Positions 1 to 11,736 of a stretch of DNA of 64,000 nucleotides are shown piece by piece. A model generated the notes under the pieces. It had not been told where the DNA came from and made no database searches. It was given only the letters and a program-made list of their open reading frames with translations. Position numbers and translations under genes: made by a program. Positions within the stretch are counted from its first letter, which is position 1; each line of letters begins with the position of its first letter. The stretch comes from Octopus vulgaris. Taxonomy: Eukaryota. Where the stretch lies: contig OX597831.1 in assembly GCA_951406725.2 (NCBI GenBank), positions 54,064,001-54,128,000 of the forward strand. Reading direction: 5' to 3'.

Positions 1-419
1 TTCTCTTGAAAAATATAAATCAATGTGTTATACAAGCAGAATGAACTATTAGTGCATCATTACAAATTTAAACTATTAAATGGCCTACCAAATTTGAGTA
101 CACCACACTATTGAACTGTAACCTCTACTTTTTCTAGTTTAAAATTAAAAATATATTTTATTCTTATGTATTTTATAACTTTAAATTTTGATTAAATTCT
201 ATTCAATCTAAGCAGTGTCTCTTTTTCATGCCCATGCTTTTATTATGTACTGAAGATTTTCTTCATTATTAGCATATATCAGTAATGTAAATCACACTTA
301 AATAATATGTGGCTAACCATACACCACCAGTGTACTAACAGAACTAACAATTGCCATTAGATGAATCCACTGCATACACAGTATTTCATAGCTCTGGGAA
401 TGAAGTGTATACATTAGTC

Positions 420-699
420 CAGTAGTTTCCAAACTTGTTTCAATGCAGAACATATGATTTTCCAAAGATCATGGAACTTGTACCTCTTTTTTGTGTACAA
501 CTTCTGTCATCTCAATTTAAATATGATATTAATTAAATGAAGCACAAATTGTTTTTGAGAGAGAATATATTCATAGAAAAAGAAACAACTTATTCTGAAA
601 ATGGCAAATAGTACTTGTTTTAAAAATAACATTTCTATTCTTCTTTAAGACATATGGAACCCCAGAATGTTTTCATGGAACCCACTTTGAGAAAACATG
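420..699. mobile_element. hAT (Charlie-like) non-autonomous DNA transposon/MITE, degraded
   Basis: Ends CAGTAGTTTCCAAAC...TTTGAGAAAACATG resemble Charlie-type TIRs; 8-bp TSD cattagtc (412-419) / cattagtt (700-707); right end similar to 36660-36702. Confidence 0.65.
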
Positions 700-1376
700 C
701 ATTAGTTGTTAGATGCCTAAGGGCTACTACTTACATTTATTCATTTTAACTGATGTATTTACATGTGTGTGAGTGGGTGTTTTTTTTCTAATATAAAAAT
801 GTTTGTCAAAATTGGAAAATGATTTTGACCTGAATTTTTGAATTGAATTTCTGACTTTATACAATAATATAGTAGTTTTTTATTACCCAATCCCAAATGA
901 AAGTATTAGGTGTCTTATTAGTAATGTATGAGTTCATATTAATTGTATGATCCCATATGGAGTGTTTCTGTAAGTGAAAATTGTGCGGGAGATTTTCTTT
1001 TAATGGGATATGTTTTTTATGCTTTTTCTTTAGCCTCCTTGTTTAAGACTTCAGATCCTAGCTGTCAATTTTGCTTATAAGTAGAAAACAAATGTTATGA
1101 AAGATGTATTTTATTTATATTTATAGAATTACTCATAATGGCATTTGTTTTTCTCTATGGGCTTTTGGAAATTTTTGCATTTACATCTTATTGTATTGCA
1201 ATAATGCTTTAATGGAACATTTACATTTAGTGCATTGTAAAATTGAGCAATGAAGCATCATTTGTGTTGAGTGTTATTACATGTAAAATAATAAAATTCT
1301 ATAGTTATGGCTACTATAACTATTGTTTTGCACACACGTGTATATAGACGTCTTAATTGACTTTTTTTTTTTGCAG

Positions 1377-1452
1377 GTTACATAATCCAATATTGTATGA
1401 AATAACTTGACTGCCCCAGATTACATTGAGGAATTACCAGCACCATTGTAAG
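1377..1452 (+). other. Candidate spliced exon (76 nt) with stops in all three frames: non-coding, poison or terminal-coding exon
   Basis: Strong acceptor cttaattgac-T11-gcag| and donor AAG|gtaaaa (alternative donor gtaagg at 1448); phase-1 reading gives xYIIQYCMK*. Confidence 0.5.
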
Positions 1453-2709
1453 GTAAAATAAGAAACATTTATTCATTAGATTTTCCCTTCCCTTAATACT
1501 TTGGCGTTATATTAAAGGGATGGTGCATGCTGTTTCATGCTTTACTCTGGTCTTTAGAATTCTCTTGTCTTACATTACGGTAAAAAAAAGAAAATCTTTT
1601 TTTCAAAATCATTCCTATAGGAATAGATTATGATTTATTTTAGTATCTTAAATCCAACTGATTTGTTCATATATTCAAATTTTTAGATTTTCATTTTGCT
1701 TTATATCTCATAATAGAAATAGATAAAAAGATGAGCTTAATGCTACTTTTCAAAGATATAGCAAGGAAAGAGTATTGTTCTTAACTGTTATATAGAATCA
1801 CTGACTTTTAAACACTGGTAACAAACATACAGATTTAGTTAGATACAAGTGGCATGTGAATTTTCAGTGGATTTTCTACCAACATTGTCTTGATAAACAT
1901 ACTAAATCCCTTTTTTTCCTTTTTTTATTTATTTATTTTTTTGTTATACATATATCATCTCTTAGTGAGGAGCGAGGGGAACTTTTAAGTGCCTTCAAGA
2001 TTGGTGGAATGGAAGAAGATATTTTCAAACTAGAAACCTGGCCTAAATGCTTGCATTAGAATAATCCCTTCCTTGAGAGACTTAAGTAAACCATAGTGGA
2101 ATCTGAATGCAAACAGCTGGAAAAAAATACAAGACGTCCAGTATGTTGGTCTAACAATTTTACCAGTTCACTTCCCTTGATTGATACTTTATCAATCTGG
2201 AAGGATGAAAGCCAAAGTTGATCTCTACAAGATTTGAACTCTGAACACAATAATCATTTTGTTGATACTGTTACAGTTCCGCTACCATGTTAAACTATAT
2301 GTCACTGCTTGTATGTTACATATTACTAGTTTTGATGCTGATCTAGTCAAGAAGACAATCCACTTAATTTACCTGATAAGATTTGCAATTTTTCTTTCAT
2401 CATCATTGTCTTAACAACCATTTCCCACACTGGTGTGTTGTTGTCCCAGAGTTGTAAACTGGTCTAGAATTCTGAGAATACTTTTCAGCTGTTTTTCGAA
2501 CACTTTAAACTGATTGATGCTGTTATCTGAGATGCTTTGGTAGCAAAGCATAGAACTTGACACCAATAGATATAATGCATTTTTGCCTGTATTATGATCT
2601 ATAGAAGTTGGTGGACACTCTGAGATGATATAAATGCCCATTTAGATCTCATTGTTCAGTAAATCATTGATTAAGGATAATCAAGTACATATTTTGAAAA
2701 ACATATTCT

Positions 2710-2924
2710 CCTTTTCTTCCTTTCCTGTTTCTTATTTTCTCTTCCTTTTCTTACTTTCTCATATCTTTCTTTCTCACCTCCCACTTCTTACTTTTCTTCT
2801 CAATTATTATTCATTTCCTCCTTCTTGCATCTTTCTTTCTTGCTCTGGTACCTCTTTTTCTAATTTTTTTCCTTTTCTTTCTCTAACTTTTCTTTCTTTT
2901 CTTTTCTCTCTAGTTTATTTCCTT

Positions 2925-2957
<33 letters not shown>

Positions 2958-3300
2958 GCATTCTCTCACTTCTTTCTCCAGCTTTTTCTCTCTCTCTCTC
3001 TTCTTTCTCCAGCTTTTTCTCTCTCTCTCTTCTTCTTTCTCTCTTCTTTCTCTTCTTTCTTTCTCCACCTTTCTCTCTCTCTCTTCTTTCTCCACCTTTC
3101 TCTCTCTCTTCTTTCTCCTCTTTCTCTCTCCCGCTTTCTCCAGTTTTCTCTTTCCTCCTTCTCTTCCTCTCTACTCTCTCACTCTCTCCAGCTTTCCCTC
3201 TCCCCTCTTTTCTCCAGCTTTCTGTAATTTTTTTCTCTAGTTTTCTCTTTCTTCTTTCTCTGGTTTTCTCTCTCCTCTCTAACTTCTCTATCTCTCTCTC
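2710..3300. repeat. CT-rich low-complexity/(CT)n tract with degenerate ttctccagctttttctctc units
   Basis: Visible directly; explains the spurious 191-aa F/L/S ORF. Confidence 0.95.
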
Positions 3301-3716
3301 TTGCTAGAATTAGTTATTTTGAATTCTAATTTTTATATTATTGATCATATAAATTATTTTTCTGTTTGCTATATTTATTGTCAACCAGACATCACAGTAA
3401 TTCTTCTATGTGCAGCTTTCAAGAAATTTTTCTATTACACATCTTTCTGTGCTCGTGTTAATCTTATTGAAGTCATTATGGCAATCTTTGGTTTGATTAC
3501 ATTAACATGATGCAGAAACTTTGAAAAATTGAACAGAGACAAAAATAATTATATGTGAATGTGTGATAATTATTTAAAAAAAGAATGACAAAACAACTTC
3601 TTTACTCACTGAATTATCTGTTGAAAGTATGATTCAAGTAATCAGATAGTCACATGACCTAACTACATTCACATACATAAGCATTCCCATTTCATCCTTA
3701 TTACATGTAATATTTG

Positions 3717-3868
3717 TTGATGTTGCTGTTGGTTACTATGCAGAGAAATGGTGTGACCAGCTGCTGTACACCTAATGCAATAATATAATTTCAATGTATT
3801 AAAACTGATACATACCGGCTGCTGTAAATATGGTTATATAATTTCTTGCATTGTAATCACGCCGTTGA
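3717..3868 (+). ncRNA. Candidate structured RNA hairpin (long stem, large internal loop)
   Basis: 3731-3759 pairs with 3831-3858 (26 pairs, 4 G-U, no A-C); ttgatg/cgttga extends the base; inner stem taatgca/tgtatta. Confidence 0.45.
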
Positions 3869-3924
3869 CCGAGTTAGTACATAGAATATAAATCAGAAGT
3901 GTATATAGCTCTGTAATCATTTAT

Positions 3925-4210
3925 ACTTTGACTGGTTTTAGTCAATCATATTGACACCCCCACCCCAATTATGTAATCCAGTATATATTTTATCAATATC
4001 TATCAATCAAATAGCTGCTACCATTTGATATATAGGGCTGTACCAACTTGCACTGGTACACACACACACACACACTCTCTCTCTCTCACACACACACACA
4101 TTAACATGATGAGCTGCTGCACAATTTCTGTCTATCAAGATACTTACCCAGTGGGATGTACAGTAGATGCAAACCTGGAATCCTATGATTTGTGAAGCAA
4201 ACTTCTTTCT
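3925..4210 (-). mobile_element. Degraded tRNA-derived SINE (same family as 4385-4806)
   Basis: Reverse-orientation remnants (ttgactggttttagtca, gcaaacttctt, aacctggaatc) with internal (CA)n. Confidence 0.55.
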
Positions 4211-4384
4211 TTGCCAGCTGGTGACACTTGTGCTTTGTGTATGCTTTTAAATGGTTATCATGACTCTACTATGAATCAGTCACTTACATTTAAATTAATG
4301 TTAATTTCAGCATTAGTTTAAAAGTTTACAAAACAAAATTTTGATGGCAAGTTTGAAGAATTTGTTAGAATTCAGCATAGAATA

Positions 4385-4547
4385 GGCGTAGGAGTGGCTG
4401 TGTGGTAAGTAGCTTGCTTACGAACCACATGGTTCCGGGTTCAGTCCCACTGCATGGCACCTTGGGCAAGTATCTTCTACTATAGCCTCGGGCCGACCAA
4501 AGCCTTGTAAGTGGATTTGGTAGACGGAAACTGAAAGAAGCCTGTCG

Positions 4548-4594
<47 letters not shown>

Positions 4595-4806
4595 GTATGT
4601 ATATCTGTGTTTGTCCCCCCCCCCCAACATCGCTTGACAACCGATGCTGGTGTGTTTATGCCCCCATAACTTAGCAGTTCGGCAAAAGGGACTGATAGAA
4701 TAAGTACTAGGCTTACAAAGAATAGATCCTAGGGTCGAGTTGCTCGACTAAAGGCAGTGCTCCAGCATGGCCACAGTCACATGACTGAAACAAGTAAAAG
4801 AGAGTA
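4385..4806 (+). mobile_element. Full-length tRNA-derived SINE (octopus-type) with internal (TA)n microsatellite
   Basis: A-box-like TGGCTGTGTGG, B-box-like GGTTCAGTCC, CACCTTGGGCAAGT core, 3' end CATGACTGAAACAAGTAAAAGAG; CpGs retained (young); many diverged copies in the window. Confidence 0.9.
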
Positions 4807-6089
4807 TAGAGTGTAAGTTGAACTTTTAGCATGCTATGAGAGGAAACTTCTTTACTTTTGTTCAGTATTAAATTGGTTCTTGCTAAAAGTATTCTCTACT
4901 AGGTTTCTCATTTTAATGCTTATATCAGCAATAGTTGCATTTGATGCCAGTCTCTGGTTGGTATTGTATGAAGAGATTTTACTTCATACACAATTAGTGC
5001 ATGTTGGAATGAATACTGGATTCAGCTCTATTACTGATAGTAAAAATATTAAATTTTACCTTTCACAAAGAGCTTTTTCAAGTTGTAGATCAAAAACCAC
5101 CTAATAAATCTGTTGCACAACTCTTCTCATTTATGGCTTTATTTACCACTCTCTCTCTCTCTGTTTGCAAAAAAATACAATTTTCATTTTAAACACTTCA
5201 TTTTTCACATATATAGATCAACTGTAGTTTTATATTATCATCTGCTGTGTATACTGAGCTGCAATAAGTTCATCTTGTACTATTTATTGTTGCTCTTTTA
5301 CAGGAACATTAGTCACTGTACAAACGTTTTAAGTCTGTTCTGCATGTAAACTAGCTCACTGCAGATAAAATCAAAGCGTATTGCACTAGAAAGAGAATCA
5401 TAATTGCTAAAACTGTTCTTTTACTCTGTCTCCACTTTGTTTTTTTTTTGTTTTGTTTTTTTAAATCTTCAGAGCTACATGTCACTTCAAACTTACAAAA
5501 CTTGTACTGACTTCTAGAAATTACAAATATAATTATACCTCTCATATATCAACCAGGATCTATATGCAGTGATTAAGTTACTGGAAATGTATTTAATGTT
5601 AGGAGCATAAAAAAGCTAACCGGAAGCAACCAGCATTAAATGTTAACACCAAATTCACAGTTGTTTTTCATGTGGATTGCTACTCTGTGTGGATTGCCTC
5701 TCTGCAATATTTCAGTGAGCAATGAAAAGATTACAAATATACAAGGTTATTATAAAGTTCTTGTGTAATTCAAAGTTTTTATAATGTTAGGTCTTAATAT
5801 GATAGAATTAATCTGTACAGAACATTTTAAAGTTAAATGCATCTATAGTATTGCTGTCAATCAAAAAAATTGTTAGAAATATTTATTAATTTTCACTAAA
5901 AAAACTTCAATAAGTGCTTCAGCCTTGATTTATATGGATGTGAAAAGACTATTGTTTATTTAAGCCTTGTTTTGTAGATGGCATGCAGGATAGGATAACT
6001 ACAGTGATTCAAGTCAGCTGCAAAATATATTTTTAGAACTTCTGAATTGCATTAGAGTTTGTATATATAATGATTGTGGGCATATTTAA

Positions 6090-6309
6090 CCCTTTAGCAT
6101 TTAAACTGGCCATATCCAGCCCGAATATTCAACTTGTTTTATGTTCAAACCAATCAGATCTGGCCTCTCACACCTACTCTAAAATATCATTTCAAAAGTA
6201 AATAATCATATTGGCAAAACCTGAAAGCTAGGAGATATTGCATAATTAATCCATAACAATGTGAATAAATAAATATTACAGTTGACAGAGTAATCTGAAT
6301 GTTAAAGGG
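6090..6309. mobile_element. piggyBac-like MITE
   Basis: TTAA|CCCTTTAGCATT...AATGTTAAAGGG|TAAA terminal inverted repeats; inverted second copy at 55176-55394. Confidence 0.8.
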
Positions 6310-8189
6310 TAAAATGAACACTCTTAAGAACAAATCTATTTGAAAATGTCGTAAATTCTTTCATTTATCCTTTTCACGGGTTAATTTTATCATTTATAAA
6401 ACTAGTGCTATACAAACAGAAAATTGCACAAGGTTTTTATAAAGACTTTCTCTAGAAACATGTCACCAAGATCATAATTAATAACATGCTTTGTTAGGAA
6501 TTAAAAAATTTTCTAAAGAAAAAATTATTTTTTGTATTATATCCTGCCAAATATTTTGCTGACAGAAGTAAAAAATGGGTGGTGTTCTGAATTAGTATAT
6601 ATATAGTGTTTCCATGACTGTTGTTGTAGCATTCCTCCTGTTTCTTTAATTCTCTGGTGTGAAATAGTTCTACAAACTGTCATTGATATTTGGTTACAAT
6701 TCCACCACTGATTTCCTGACACTGTTTCCAAGTCCCTCCCAGATTATCATCCATTTCTGTACCCAGTTACTATAATTATTATTCTTTTGTTCATTTTAGA
6801 TCAGATACTTAGACATACATTATGAAGCTCTACAAACTTGTTATAATTTTAAAATCTAAATTAAATAACGGATTAAATGAAATAGGTGCATAAAAGTCAA
6901 TTGTTTAAATGATATAAATTGTTGTTTTTTTTTTATTTCTTTTTATCATTGCTAACATTCTTCCCTAGTCTTTGCTAATGTTAAAATGTTAGCAAAATAA
7001 TGTAAAAGTTATACAAAGTCAATTTTTAGAGTAAACATCTGACTGCATCATATGCATGATAATACCATATGTGACCATCTACTAAAGCAGCCTTGTATTC
7101 ACAGGCATTTCAAAGACCTTGTAATTTTATCTGAACTAAAAGAATTACTAGGTCAAAGCTTTCCAGAAAATATATAGGCCACCATAAATCTAATTTCTTC
7201 ATGCTACCGTCTATAAATGAGTGCAGGTTACAATTGTCATCATATCAAGATTTTCACTTATATCTTCACTCTTGAAGTAAGCTGCTGATTTAAAAGATTT
7301 TTTTTCCAGTAAAAGGTCAAATTTATTTTTAACTATGATGAAACAGTTTGTGTCAATTATATTTTAAAATTTGAGCTTTCTTTTGAAAACAACTTATCTT
7401 GAAACAAGCTAAAATTTTACTGTTAAAAATGAAAATTATCAAATACAATCCCAATTTTTATGCATAGCTTTACTTTTGTTTACATTAACTATTTCTGCAG
7501 TAGTTATTTGCTGATATGGTTTTTAGGATCAGATTTTCATTTATTTGTTGTTTTTTTTTATATAGTACTAAAATTATTAGTGATTTAGTATAATGTTTTC
7601 CTGATAGTTTGGTACTAAATGCAACAATTTAAAATACCATTGCTTAAATTATATTCTAAGATAGTCTTAAATAGCTTCCTGAGACTTGCATTAATATATT
7701 TTCCCTTTATTTTTAGCTCTGTAGAATCTGCAATAGATTCCCAATAATTATCGCACTGTCTTTGACAACCTTTACAGCATACTCTCTGATTATTGATTCT
7801 TCACTATCTTATATGGTTCTCTGACTGCTAAATTGATATATTCCTTCTCTGAATATTAATAATTAAAGTTACTGTGATTTATATCATTATCTTTATATAT
7901 CTGCTTTTTCCATACTAGCATGCACTTATTGAAGCAATCTTCTATGGTCAGATACTCTTCTTGAAATCAACCTTTTGTTTTTTCAAATAAGGTATTTTTA
8001 TTTCACAAAACTGAAATTGCTGAGCTACAGTATATACATTTACAAGAATCATGAACAAGTGTACCATTGTTCAAACTATTAATGTGAAGATATGTAGAAA
8101 CATGCACAAACAAATGGTAAAATGCTGTCCCAGCATGGTCACATGCTAGACAATATCTGTAACAATTCTTTACTTAATCATATTAACCC

Positions 8190-8500
8190 CAGTACCTATT
8201 TCAGTCAGGAACTTATTTTATCCATCTTTATTAGTTGAACCGCTAAGTGATGGAACATGAAGTAACACAACGAGCACCAACTTTTTGACAAGTGTAAACA
8301 TTTATACACTGCACAGGTGTGTGTATGTAATGTAACATGCTTCTGAAGTTTCTGCACTGTTCTCATGTAGCAAATTTCACTCACAAGGCATTGGTTAATC
8401 TAAGGTTATAGTATGATACTTCCCAAAGTGCCACTCAGTGGTTTGGAAATCAAAACCACAAGGCTGCAAAGCAAACTTCATTTCTACACTGCCATTACTT
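8190..8500 (-). mobile_element. Degraded tRNA-derived SINE
   Basis: Reverse remnants (ttcactcacaaggcattggt, cccaaagtgccactcagtgg, gcaaagcaaacttc) match the 4385 family. Confidence 0.6.
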
Positions 8501-8777
8501 GTAAATATGTATTAAATAAATCAGACACGAAACCAAAATAAAACTTCAATATCGATAGTAACTGTAAGCATGTTGAAAGTTAAAAGAAGCTTTGATTGTG
8601 GAGAAACATTTCCAAGTTTTAGAGTAAGCTGTAAGAACTGTACACATTAAAATAACTCATAATTTATAAATAATTTTATGTAGAAATTCTTTTATCTTTC
8701 ACACATTTATGTTTTCCTTCTTTCTCTGATTCCGCACGTCCTTGTTTCTATCCCTCTCTCTTTTCCCTTCATACAAG

Positions 8778-8833
8778 CTTTTGAACCAAAAACATACCAT
8801 GTTAGATCTTTATCAGCTTTTAAGGATCCAGAG
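8778..8833 (+). CDS. Candidate internal coding exon (56 nt, xFEPKTYHVRSLSAFKDPE), or a 9-nt microexon 8825-8833 using the same donor
   Basis: ~60-nt polypyrimidine tract ending catacaag|, open phase-1 frame, donor GAG|gtatgc; CpGs retained in the flanks; no homology recognised. Confidence 0.4.
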
Positions 8834-9494
8834 GTATGCTTGCATTATATGATATCCGTGTTTATTTTGTTTTTCTGTTTGTGATATTTATTAGTTTCAA
8901 GTTTATTTTTTCCTGACTGTTCCAAATATGAAAAATGTCTATTTTGGCTTTAGTAATATACAGCTCTCAGCTAGTATAGTTGTTAAATGTGGCATTTTTA
9001 AAACCCATTTGTTTGATCAGCCTTTAAAGACTAAATCAAAAGTAAATGATGTCTTTATTTTTATTCTGTATACTTAAAAACATATATTCTTATTGTGTTT
9101 AACATTTTTTTTACTGCACTAAGTTTTAGACTACCAGTTACAGTTTTAAGTCTTTTATGGATAATATTCTTTTCTTCATCATTAAGAAGGTATAGCTAAC
9201 TGAATCAATGTTTGCTGGCCCTAATTGTATCATCTGAGCCAGTAACTCCTTCAACTTATTGGTCATTGGTTAATATCTAGTCACTGATCAAGACCTTTAG
9301 TTTTTATTAACCCAATCAACTTAGTAGTAATTAGTGATAACAGTATAAATCAGTAGTGTTGATATTGCATTAGTAATGAGTTTTTCTTTAGCCTGCAATT
9401 TTGAATTTAAATTCTCATTACCCCAGAGTACTAGAAACCATTTTAGTTTGTTCTCTTCAAAGAAATCTTCAAATAGTAGTTGGATTGTCAGTTC

Positions 9495-9520
9495 TCTCTT
9501 TCTCTGTCTCTCACTCTCTC

Positions 9521-9560
<40 letters not shown>
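9495..9560. repeat. (CT)n microsatellite
   Basis: Visible directly. Confidence 0.95.
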
Positions 9561-9565
<5 letters not shown>

Positions 9566-10029
9566 GTGGTGAGGTTTTAAAAACAAATCTTATCAGGAAA
9601 GAATGTTTCTCTATCTTTATATCTTCTAAATTATTTCCGACCACTTTATAGCACAACTATGCAAACTCACAGCTTTATATTGCACAGATAGAATAAAATA
9701 ATGTTTCATGCTTCCAGCAGTTCACAAATAAGATACTGTCTTAAAAGTTTTGATTGATCTTTCCAAATCTCTTATCCATTAAATATACTAGAAATTTCAC
9801 AATTATGTTAGATTCACTCATTTGCCATCAAACTGGTTACAGCAGCACAGATTCTTCTTGTGTATTATAGACTGGTGAAGTTTTTTGCTATGCAATTTAT
9901 CAATGAATTTAGTCCGTATAATTCAAAGGTTTTTCTTTCTAGATCCTGTTTTTGCATTCTGTTTTTGTTTTTGGCTTCTAAATCTCAGGCCTCATATCTA
10001 ATGAAAAAACATCTCTTATTATTGCTTTT

Positions 10030-10170
10030 AAGCATGGCTGTGTTGTTGTTAAGAGTTTCACTTCAGAACCACATGGTTAGGGGTTCAATCTCACTGCATG
10101 GGTTAGCTACACAGGGTTGACCAGTGCTTTTCAGGTGAAATTGGTTGACAGAAATTGAAGGTTTGTGTGT
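10030..10170 (+). mobile_element. Degraded SINE 5' part
   Basis: gcatggctgtgttgttgttaagag...aaccacatggttaggggttcaatctcactgcatgg matches the head of the 4385 SINE. Confidence 0.7.
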
Positions 10171-10804
10171 ATGAAAATAAAACAAGGAACAATAGTAAGG
10201 AAAACAACAGAAAATACTTCCATACTTTATACAACTCTTCAAAGAAATAGGACTGATTGTGGAAGTAATACTAATATCACTAAGCTACAATTAATTTACA
10301 GCACACATGTCATAACTGCAAACTGGATGACATAGAACACTAATACTCTAATGGTCAAGTTCTGGTAGAAAAATTTATTTAAATATAAGGTATCAACAAT
10401 GAAAAGTGTATTACAGAAGTCTAAATCATTGCACATGCTGCAGGTGAGCCTAAGATAGCCTGGAACATTGATAATAAAGTTGAACCTTGAGAACTTTATT
10501 GTTCTAAATGAACTATAAAAGTCTGATATGCAGATATGAAAAAACATTAATAAAATGAATGGTCATGTTTTCAATAAATGTTTACAAAGAAAGTTGTTCC
10601 TCATATATACAAATATATGTACATGCGTGCATGCACACACACACACACTCACACACACACATGCATGTTTGTGTGTGTGTGTATGTGTGAATGAGTTCGT
10701 ATTTCTCCTCATCTTTACGTATTTGCTGACAGTAAATGAAAGCCTCACTGTTCATACAGATGGTGTCATTTGTTTGTAGTTGACTGTGAAAGTGCATATT
10801 GGCT

Positions 10805-10892
10805 TCCTGACAAGTTGTGCTCTTTGTAAATAAATGGCTTGTGTTCATACAAATGGTGTTTGTTTCTAGTTCTTTGCATAACTATGTCAGGA
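10805..10892 (+). ncRNA. Candidate pre-miRNA-like hairpin
   Basis: tcctgaca/tgtcagga + agttgtgc/gcataact + aaataaatg/tgtttgttt + ttgtg/tacaa around a ttca loop; about 30 bp in 88 nt; wobbles are G-U on +. Confidence 0.4.
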
Positions 10893-10904
10893 CTGTTTGT
10901 TGTA

Positions 10905-11050
10905 CAGTAGAATGGGTGTCGTTACTTTGCTTGGAAACAGGTGAGAGTTGGTGTTGGAAAGGACATCCGGCTATAGGAAACCCTTCTTGAATGTAGTTTC
11001 AGCTGATATACGCAACTATGGAAAACTAGACATTAAAACAATGATGATGA
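10905..11050 (+). mobile_element. RTE-family 3'-end fragment with (ATG)n tail
   Basis: ggaaaggacatccggctatagg...atggaaaactagacattaaaacaatgatgatga, same 3' end as the RTE copies at 25145 and 46458. Confidence 0.7.
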
Positions 11051-11736
11051 GCATCATAACTATTATTGTTATTAGTGTTATTATTGAACGTATCAACAAT
11101 TGTGTGGCAAAATATTCTCCATTATTGTTCAAATGAACTATTGATAGGGCCACTCAGTATTTAAATGTGTGCAAATAGAGATCATCGGGTTACTACATAA
11201 GATCAGTTCAGTAATCCATTCTAAACCAAGTAAATTTAAGTCATGTTGATTTTTCAAATAACAAGAGTTCCATTAAAAATAATCAAACTGTACTTTACAC
11301 TTAACCATACCAATAAACTTTATATTATGACCTGATGCATTCTTGGCATTGTGTTCTTTCTCAACTAACAGTGGATAACTAAGTTGCCTCTAAATTTTGC
11401 AAGAAATCATCAACATGATATCTGATACTGTGGCTAACTGTAATTTAAGTGGAGGATCATTTATTGAAACAATTAAATACTTGTGTTTTATTTTTGAAAA
11501 TCCACTTTAAAGCTGGTATAAATAGTATTGTTTTCTTGGTTTGTAACGAGCTGAAAACTTAGGAAGAGAGTTTTTACTTACTTTCCATGAGTGATTAGAC
11601 TTTCTGCTTACTTCCTTTAAATGATTAGGCAACAAGACTTTTCTTTATGACCAAACTCGTGGCATAATTGACATGTGTTGCTAATAGACAGTGCCCCAGC
11701 ACAGCCACAGCCTTAGGGCTAAAACATATAAAAGAA

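Noticed and set aside
950-1009. Short hairpins here and at about 2166-2208, 15807-15916, 33963-33998, 44320-44392 and 63212-63273
   Set aside because: Stems are short or heavily interrupted and plausibly within background for AT/U-rich sequence
1229-1245. gtgcattgta, similar to the 5' end of miR-33 (also tattgcact at 5380 like miR-92 and tatcacagcc at 48465 like miR-2)
   Set aside because: Only the seed-length part matches; the rest of the mature sequence and a proper precursor are absent
1378-1452. In-frame TGA in LHNPILYEIT*LPQITLR as possible selenocysteine
   Set aside because: No selenoprotein motif or SECIS recognised; a single TGA is expected by chance
2652-3227. 191-aa ORF, the longest in the track
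   Set aside because: Translation of a CT-rich low-complexity tract; same for 51896-52339 and 49020-49247
4385-4460. tRNA-like sequence with A/B boxes
   Set aside because: SINE head; no cloverleaf evident and it continues into the SINE body
10399-10443. ATG-initiated MKSVLQKSKSLHMLQ ending at CAG|gtgagc
   Set aside because: Good donor but no acceptor or promoter evidence; cannot be separated from chance
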